DNA of 64,000 bases from positions 118,043 through 182,042 of the forward strand of contig JBMCHT010000001.1 in assembly GCA_048617235.1 (NCBI GenBank), read 5' to 3'. The first letter of the stretch is position 1. Each line of letters opens with the position of its first letter. A model generated the notes under the pieces. That model saw nothing but the letters and a program-made list of their open reading frames with translations, ran no database searches and was not told where the DNA came from. Shown here piece by piece: positions 57,955-64,000 of this stretch. A program made the translations under genes and the position numbers. Source of the DNA: Patescibacteria group bacterium. Its GTDB lineage: Bacteria; Patescibacteriota; Minisyncoccia; Phycocordibacterales; XYD1-FULL-46-19.

Positions 57955-58953
57955 TTAATTTTTTTTACGAGTTATTACTTTCTGAACCGCTTTAATTATA
58001 GCCGGCTTGGTTAAACCGTAATATTCCAATAATTCTTTAGGAGAACCGGATTGACCAAACTTATCAGTTACTGCCACTTGTTCTATCGGTACCGGCTTTT
58101 CTTTAGCTAAAACCATAGCTACCGCTTCACCTAAACCACCAATTGCTTGATGTTCTTCTGCTGCTACTACCGCTCCGGCTCTTTGAGCCCATTCGATTAT
58201 TGTTTTATTATCTAAAGGCTTAATAGTGTGACTGTTAATCACTGCTACCTCCAAACCGGTTTTAGCTAACTCCATCGCCGCTAATAAAGATTCATAAACC
58301 ATTTGACCACAAGCTATAATTAAGACATCCGGTTTTTCCGGAGCAATTAAAACATTGGCTCGACCAATAATAAAAGGAGATTCAACTGTAGTAATTATTG
58401 GACTTTTATCTCGAGCCAATCGCAAGTAAGTTGGCTGATTGGTTTTGGCTATAATTTGAGTGGCCTTTTCAGCTTCCAAAGAATCACAAGGAACTATAAC
58501 CCTCATTCGGGGTAAAACCCTCATCAAAGCTATATCTTCCAAAACCTGATGACTACCTCCATCATAACCAACAGAAACACCACCATGACTGCCAATTATT
58601 TTTACATTAACATTATTATAACAAACCGTAGTTCTAATTTGCTCCCAATTACGACCGGGACTAAAAACAGCATAAGAAGTAACAAAAGGAATTTTGCCAA
58701 AGGCCGCCAAACCACTGGCAACTGTTACTAAATTCTGCTCGGCTACTCCTACTTGGAAAAATCTCTCCGGAAATTCCCCGGCAAAAGCTTCGGTTCTGGT
58801 AGATTCGGTTAAATCACCACAAACGGCTACTACTTGCTTGTCAGCCCGACCAGCCATCACCAAACCCCGTCCATAACCGTTACGAATTGGCTCTTGATCT
58901 ACAGATAATTCCATCCATTTAGAATTTAATTTTTGTTTTGATTCTGTTTCCAT
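57955..58953 (-). CDS. transketolase, C-terminal subunit (Pyr- and C-terminal domains)
   Basis: FQVGVAEQNLVTVASGLAAFGKIPFVTSYAVF is the transketolase pyrimidine-binding domain. Split-gene arrangement. Confidence 0.85.
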   Translation of the reverse strand: METESKQKLNSKWMELSVDQEPIRNGYGRGLVMAGRADKQVVAVCGDLTESTRTEAFAGEFPERFFQVGVAEQNLVTVASGLAAFGKIPFVTSYAVFSPGRNWEQIRTTVCYNNVNVKIIGSHGGVSVGYDGGSHQVLEDIALMRVLPRMRVIVPCDSLEAEKATQIIAKTNQPTYLRLARDKSPIITTVESPFIIGRANVLIAPEKPDVLIIACGQMVYESLLAAMELAKTGLEVAVINSHTIKPLDNKTIIEWAQRAGAVVAAEEHQAIGGLGEAVAMVLAKEKPVPIEQVAVTDKFGQSGSPKELLEYYGLTKPAIIKAVQKVITRKKN

Positions 58954-58971
58954 TTTTATTTAATTTAAAAA

Positions 58972-59832
58972 CTAATCTCTTTCACTTTCCAACCTATTCC
59001 CAAAAGTTCGCAACTCTCTTAAAGCCATCTGTCCTTCTTCATGATTTGGTGGTTTACCATGCCATTCAAATTTTCTTTCAAATTCCTCGACTCCTTTCCC
59101 GGGAACAGTGTGGGCAATAATAACCGTTGGCCGGTTAAAGACCGCTTTAGCTCGACCAAAAGCGTCATTTAAAACTTCAAAATTATGACCATCCGCTTCT
59201 ATAACATGCCAATTAAAAGAACGCCATTTATCAACTAAAGGCTCAAGAGGCATAATCTCTTCAGTAAAACCGTCTATTTGAATATTATTACGATCAACCA
59301 CCGCTATTAAATTATGTAAACCTTCTTTACCGGCCAACATTATGCCTTCCCAACTATTACCGGCATTTAACTCTCCATCAGACATCAAACAATAAAAAAA
59401 CTTACCGGAAGACAACCCATTATCTAATCTATCGGCCAAAGCCATGCCTATAGCTTGAGATAAACCCGAGCCCAGAGGACCGGAACTGGTTTCCAAACCC
59501 GGTAAATACTCACGATAGGGATGACCCTGCAAACGAGAGCCGAATTGCCTTAGAGTTTTTAATTCACTAATCGGAAAATAACCGGCACAAGCCATGGTAG
59601 CATATAGAACCGGACAAATATGTCCATTGGATAAAATTAGTCTATCCCGATCCGGCCACTCCGGCTCCTCCGGTCGATGACGCAAAATATGAAAATAGAG
59701 TAAAGTAAAAATATCCGCCATTCCCAAAGAACCGGCCGTATGACCGGAGCCGGCAGTCATTAACATTTCAATAACCAAACTCCGAATAGTATTAGCTTGA
59801 ATGGTTAAACTTTTTATTTTATCATCATTCAT
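58972..59832 (-). CDS. transketolase, N-terminal subunit (TPP-binding)
   Basis: GSGHTAGSLGMADIF...RDRLILSNGH...GPLGSGLSQAIGMA are the thiamine-diphosphate binding motifs. Confidence 0.85.
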   Translation of the reverse strand: MNDDKIKSLTIQANTIRSLVIEMLMTAGSGHTAGSLGMADIFTLLYFHILRHRPEEPEWPDRDRLILSNGHICPVLYATMACAGYFPISELKTLRQFGSRLQGHPYREYLPGLETSSGPLGSGLSQAIGMALADRLDNGLSSGKFFYCLMSDGELNAGNSWEGIMLAGKEGLHNLIAVVDRNNIQIDGFTEEIMPLEPLVDKWRSFNWHVIEADGHNFEVLNDAFGRAKAVFNRPTVIIAHTVPGKGVEEFERKFEWHGKPPNHEEGQMALRELRTFGNRLESERD

Positions 59833-59835
59833 AAT

Positions 59836-60468
59836 TTATAGAGATTGAAATTGTTGTAGAGTGTGAAGAGGATCTTCAGTTTGCCAAATAGCCGAACCGA
59901 CAGCCAATTGAGAAGCTCCGGCAGCCAAAACCAAACCGGCAGTTTCTTGATTTATTCCCCCATCTATCTGAATTATAGCATCGGGACATTCCTGTCGCAA
60001 AAACTTTATTCGCTCTAAAACTTTTTGATTAAATTTATGCCCTTGGTAACCAATCTTATCTATGGCCATTAATTGCACCAATCCTAATTCTTTAATTAAT
60101 GGCAATAATTCTTCCAAATCCGTTTGCATTTCAACCGAAACTCCGGCCTCTACGACAGTGGTTTCTTTAATCGCTCTCAAAGTCTCCATTGGTTGGCCTT
60201 TGGCCTCAATTTGAATCCAAATTCTATCAACCACCTCGATCCAATCTTCAATTATTTCTTCAGGATTATCTACCATAAAATGAGCTTCTAATTTTATTTG
60301 ACCAGTAATCGTTTTTAAATCCATCGCTGTTTGCCAAGTGCTCGGCGGAACAAATTTGCCATCCATAATATCCAATTGCGCCCATAAAACATGACCTTCC
60401 AATAAGTCTATTTTTTCTTTAACTTCTTTAAAATTTTGACCAATAATGGCCGGGATGATATTATTCAT
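59836..60468 (-). CDS. rpe: ribulose-phosphate 3-epimerase
   Basis: IIPAIIGQNF...LWAQLDIMDGKFVP and QIDGGIN match the Rpe consensus. Confidence 0.8.
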   Translation of the reverse strand: MNNIIPAIIGQNFKEVKEKIDLLEGHVLWAQLDIMDGKFVPPSTWQTAMDLKTITGQIKLEAHFMVDNPEEIIEDWIEVVDRIWIQIEAKGQPMETLRAIKETTVVEAGVSVEMQTDLEELLPLIKELGLVQLMAIDKIGYQGHKFNQKVLERIKFLRQECPDAIIQIDGGINQETAGLVLAAGASQLAVGSAIWQTEDPLHTLQQFQSL

Positions 60469-60471
60469 AAA

Positions 60472-60939
60472 TTAAAATTCCAACTCCTCTTGAGGATTAT
60501 CTATTTTAACTATTCGTCGAATATGTCTATCTTCTCCGGAAAAATCCGTATTCAACCATAAATCCACGGCTTCAATTATCTCTTCAGTAGCCAAAAATCT
60601 GGAACCCAAAGCTAAAACATTGGCATTGTTATGAGTTCGAGCTAAAGTTAATATTTCTTTACTGCCACCATAATAAACCGCCGCCCGCACCCCTTGATAA
60701 CGATTAGCTACCATCGCTTCCCCTTGACCGGAACCACCTAATAAAATTACCCTGGCTTGACCAGGTTCCTCTCCAGTCAACCTTAAAACAGCCATATGCA
60801 TAAAATCCGGATAATCATCTGCCGGTTCCAATGAAAAAGCTCCTTCATCGGATACTTTATAGCCCATTTGTTTCAAATGTCTTTTTAATATTTCTTTATG
60901 CTCAAAACCGGCATGATCAGCCGCTAAAAATATTTTCAT
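60472..60939 (-). CDS. rpiB: ribose-5-phosphate isomerase B
   Basis: MKIFLAADHAGFEHKEIL is the RpiB/LacAB family N-terminus. 155 aa. Confidence 0.9.
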   Translation of the reverse strand: MKIFLAADHAGFEHKEILKRHLKQMGYKVSDEGAFSLEPADDYPDFMHMAVLRLTGEEPGQARVILLGGSGQGEAMVANRYQGVRAAVYYGGSKEILTLARTHNNANVLALGSRFLATEEIIEAVDLWLNTDFSGEDRHIRRIVKIDNPQEELEF

Positions 60940-60956
60940 AAATATTAATTATAAAA

Positions 60957-61982
60957 TTAGGCTCTTCCGGCCGTAATAATATGCTCGACCAAAGCTCCGG
61001 TATAACCGGCTTCATTGTCATACCAAGATAAAATTTTAACCAAATCACCATCAACCACCCTGGTCATTTGTAAATCAACTATAGCCGCTTCATTTCGACC
61101 AATAATATCCGAAGACACTAAAGATTCATCCGTTACCGCCAACACTTTTTTCCATCTTTCTGTTTGAGATGCTTCGATTAAAATATTATTAACCTCTTCC
61201 GTAGTTGTCTCCCGTGTAGTCACCATAGTTAAATCGGCAATTGAACCAACTAAAACCGGCACCCGTAAAGCGATACCATCAAATTTATTTTCCAAATCTG
61301 TTAAAACCTCCGTTACTGCCTTGGCCGCTCCGGTACTACTGGGAACAATATTGGCCGCTCCGGCTCTACCCCGACGCCAATCTTTTTTATCCGGACCATC
61401 AACAATTCCCTGACTGACGGTATAACCATGAACAGTATTAAGCATAGCTTTTTTAATTCCAATACTTTCTTTTAAAATTTGGACTACCGGACTAACTGCA
61501 TTAGTGGTACAAGAAGCATTGGAAGATATTTGGCAAGTAGCCAAATCATGATTATTTACTCCCATTAAAACCGTAGCGGTTTCCACTCCGGGCACCGGTT
61601 CTCCTTTAGCTGGAGCGGTAATCACCACTCGTCTGGCTCCGGCCGTTAAATGATCTTTGGCTTTTTTATACTCAGTAAAAAAACCGGTGGCTTCAACCAC
61701 TATATCCACCTCTAAATCTCCCCACGGCAATTGACCCGGTTCCGGCTCAGAATAAAAAGGAATAACTTGATCATCAATAATAAATTTTTCATCTTTAACT
61801 TCAATCTTAAAATCTGCCAAACCGTAAGCGGAATCATAACGCAAAAGATAAGCCAAATTTTCTATATCTATCAAATCATTAAAAGCCACCAATTCAATTT
61901 CTTGAGGACGTTTTATAGCCTGGCGGACAAAAGCTCGTCCAATTCGTCCCAAACCGTTAACTGCTACTTTTATTTTTTTCAT
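60957..61982 (-). CDS. gap: glyceraldehyde-3-phosphate dehydrogenase
   Basis: KVAVNGLGRIGR and the active-site SNASCTTN. Confidence 0.9.
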   Translation of the reverse strand: MKKIKVAVNGLGRIGRAFVRQAIKRPQEIELVAFNDLIDIENLAYLLRYDSAYGLADFKIEVKDEKFIIDDQVIPFYSEPEPGQLPWGDLEVDIVVEATGFFTEYKKAKDHLTAGARRVVITAPAKGEPVPGVETATVLMGVNNHDLATCQISSNASCTTNAVSPVVQILKESIGIKKAMLNTVHGYTVSQGIVDGPDKKDWRRGRAGAANIVPSSTGAAKAVTEVLTDLENKFDGIALRVPVLVGSIADLTMVTTRETTTEEVNNILIEASQTERWKKVLAVTDESLVSSDIIGRNEAAIVDLQMTRVVDGDLVKILSWYDNEAGYTGALVEHIITAGRA

Positions 61983-62052
61983 AGATTTTCAAATGTAAGT
62001 TAATAATAACTCCATTATAACAATTCATTAACTGACAGCCAAACTTTAAAAT

Positions 62053-63459
62053 CTATTTTATTTCTTTTCTGATTATTTCAGCCAAAATTTTAGGATTAGC
62101 CGCTCCGCCGGAAGCTTTCATACCTTGGCCTACCAAAAATTGTAAAACTTTTTCATTACCGGCTTTAAAATCCGAAACCACTTCCGGATTATCGATAATT
62201 ACTTTTTTAACAATAATCACCAATTCTTCTTCACCGCTTTGTTGAAATAAATTCTTTTCAGTAGCTACCGCTTTTGGAGATCCACCGTAGGACATAATAA
62301 CAGCTAAAACCTCCTTGGCTCCGCGCGAAGACAACTCACCGGATATAACCAAAGATAACAATTCAACTAAAGCCTCGGTTTCCGGCAATTTAGCTTCTTT
62401 AATCGTCTTTAAAATACCCACAACATCACTGGTGATATAATTGGCTATCAATTGAGCCTGGTTACTGTCACCTAAACCAACTAAAGTTGTTTCAAATAAA
62501 TCAGCCAAATTCTTAGAGGAAATTAAAATTTCAATATCTGATTCTTTTATATCAAACTCCGCCTGAAACCGTTGTCGTTTCTGAGCCGGACTCTCTGGAA
62601 TTGTCTTTTCTAAGTCCACTAATCCTGATCTACCTTTTAATTTAATTCGCGGTAAATCCGGATCAGGAAAATAACGATAATCATGAGACATTTCTTTTTT
62701 TCTTTGAGAAAAAGTTACTCCCTTATTTTCATCCCAACCTCTAGTCTCTTGTTCTATTTGCCCTCCTGCCTCCAAAACGCTTATTTGACGATCATATTCA
62801 TAAGCAATAGCCTTTTCTACCGCTTTAAAAGAATTTAAATTTTTAACTTCCACTTTCGTTCCCAATTTATCAGTCTGACTAACAGAGACATTGGCCTCCA
62901 CTCGCATCTGTCCCAATTCCATATTGGCATCGGAAATATTTAAATACTCCGGCCCTAAAACCAAACGCAATTCCCGAGCAAAAAAACCGGCTTGTTCAGC
63001 GGTTTCTATTACCGGCTCGGTTACCAATTCCAATAAAGGCAAACCCCCACGATTAAAATCCACCAAACTGATATTTTTCTTAGGGTGATGTTGATTCCGA
63101 GCTGTATCTTCTTCCAAATGAGCTCGAGTAACAGCCACTCCGGCTAATTCTCCACCGGCCACCAACGGTTCATCATACTGACTTATTTGATAGCCTTTGG
63201 GAATATCCGGATAAAAATAATTTTTTCGATCAAACTTTACCCAATCAGCCAAACGACCATTTAAAACCAAACCTAAACGCAAAATTGAAATTACCGCTTG
63301 AATGTTAGGAGTTGGTAAGGTTCCCGGGTGACCTAAACAAATAGGACAAATATTGGTATTAGGAGCAGCCGAGGTGTCATTTCGACAAGCACAAAACATT
63401 TTAGTCTTAGTATTAAGCTCAACATGAACCTCCAATCCGACTGTTAATTTATATGACAT
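62053..63459 (-). CDS. gatB: Asp-tRNA(Asn)/Glu-tRNA(Gln) amidotransferase subunit B
   Basis: MSYKLTVGLEVHVELNTKTKMFCAC is the GatB N-terminus. A C-terminal GatB/YqeY domain is present. Confidence 0.9.
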   Translation of the reverse strand: MSYKLTVGLEVHVELNTKTKMFCACRNDTSAAPNTNICPICLGHPGTLPTPNIQAVISILRLGLVLNGRLADWVKFDRKNYFYPDIPKGYQISQYDEPLVAGGELAGVAVTRAHLEEDTARNQHHPKKNISLVDFNRGGLPLLELVTEPVIETAEQAGFFARELRLVLGPEYLNISDANMELGQMRVEANVSVSQTDKLGTKVEVKNLNSFKAVEKAIAYEYDRQISVLEAGGQIEQETRGWDENKGVTFSQRKKEMSHDYRYFPDPDLPRIKLKGRSGLVDLEKTIPESPAQKRQRFQAEFDIKESDIEILISSKNLADLFETTLVGLGDSNQAQLIANYITSDVVGILKTIKEAKLPETEALVELLSLVISGELSSRGAKEVLAVIMSYGGSPKAVATEKNLFQQSGEEELVIIVKKVIIDNPEVVSDFKAGNEKVLQFLVGQGMKASGGAANPKILAEIIRKEIK

Positions 63460-63460
63460 C

Positions 63461-64000
63461 CTATTCAATATAACGGATTTCCGGTTCCAGTTCAAGACCA
63501 AAACGCTTTTTTACTCTTTGCCTTAACTCCTTATCTAAAGCCTTAACATCGGCAAAAGTACCTTGTCCTTTATTTATAATCAAATTACCGTGGTAATCAG
63601 CTACTTTAACTCCGCCAACGGTTAAACCTTTAGCTCCCACTTCTTCCAATACCCAACCGGCCGGTAATTTACCAACAATTATTTTATCTGCCGGTAACTG
63701 GAATTCTTTTGGTAAATCGGCTACCGGCCAATTTTTATAAAAACTACCCGGACACAATAAACCGGGAGGATATTTGGCTTCCCTTTTAACTATAATCTCT
63801 CGACTAATTTCTTGTAATTTATTTTTATCAACCGGAGTTAATTGAAATTCCGCCGCCAAAACCACTCCTTGATTTTTTTTAAACAAACTATGACGATAAG
63901 AAAAATTACACTCCTTTTTCTCCAATCTTAATAATTGATAACCATCAAAAAAGGTCACTGCTGTTAAATGATCACTAATAGATTGACCATAGGCTCCGGC
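63461..64000 (-). CDS. murB: UDP-N-acetylenolpyruvoylglucosamine reductase MurB, C-terminal part (N-terminus beyond window end)
   Basis: ...GGVKVADYHGNLIINKGQGTFADVKALDKELRQRVKKRFGLELEPEIRYIE matches the MurB C-terminal domain (GGA.VS.KHANFIVN.G.A.A.DV..L...V...FG..LE.EV). Confidence 0.75.
   Translation of the reverse strand, partial: AGAYGQSISDHLTAVTFFDGYQLLRLEKKECNFSYRHSLFKKNQGVVLAAEFQLTPVDKNKLQEISREIIVKREAKYPPGLLCPGSFYKNWPVADLPKEFQLPADKIIVGKLPAGWVLEEVGAKGLTVGGVKVADYHGNLIINKGQGTFADVKALDKELRQRVKKRFGLELEPEIRYIE

Overview
This 64-kb window comes from a low-GC (about 35%), gene-dense bacterial chromosome. It uses the standard genetic code: rpoB, rpoC and dnaE are intact long ORFs and TGA serves as a stop codon. 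The gene content suggests a Candidate Phyla Radiation / Patescibacteria-like organism. Supporting signs are a V/A-type ATPase, a short EF-Ts, a split transketolase, shortened pheS/pheT, and lysine- or acidic-rich tails on RpoD and several ribosomal proteins. Most of the window is core information-processing and central-carbon genes:
- truB, pepF, tsaC, and a contiguous minus-strand rpoB-rpoC-dnaG-rpoD block
- rpsP-KH-trmD, rnr, a short SMC-like ATPase, rnc, nusB, rpmF, rnhB, dnaE
- a nine-gene V/A-ATPase operon, gyrB, pheST
- tsf, rpsB, prfA, rpmE, rplY
- fba, a PfkB-family kinase, tkt (split), rpe, rpiB, gap, gatB and partial murB

The main non-core observations are:
1. A tRNA-Asn(GUU) gene on the minus strand is interrupted in its anticodon loop by a roughly 242-nt, ORF-less group I intron (7020-7334).
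2. A GC-rich (about 55%) diaminopimelate dehydrogenase (ddh) gene with its own terminator sits at 1084-2112, a compositional island and likely horizontal acquisition.
3. A GC-rich, roughly 200-bp element with perfect 14-bp terminal inverted complementarity lies between a pyrimidine-dimer-glycosylase-like gene and a glycosyltransferase-like gene (about 4215-4405). It is either a structured ncRNA / cis-regulatory leader or a MITE.
4. Two tandem 181-bp GC-rich repeats each reproduce the 3'-terminal about 22 nt of the adjacent tRNA-Thr(UGU), forming an att-like tandem array next to a Fic-family gene (50266-50706).
5. A decayed NYN-domain pseudogene (6362-6856).
6. A NusB-Nudix fusion protein.
7. 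A 57-aa small ORF with a strong Shine-Dalgarno sequence, isolated between two terminators.
8. A permuted V/A-ATPase gene order (ABD-H-IKECF).
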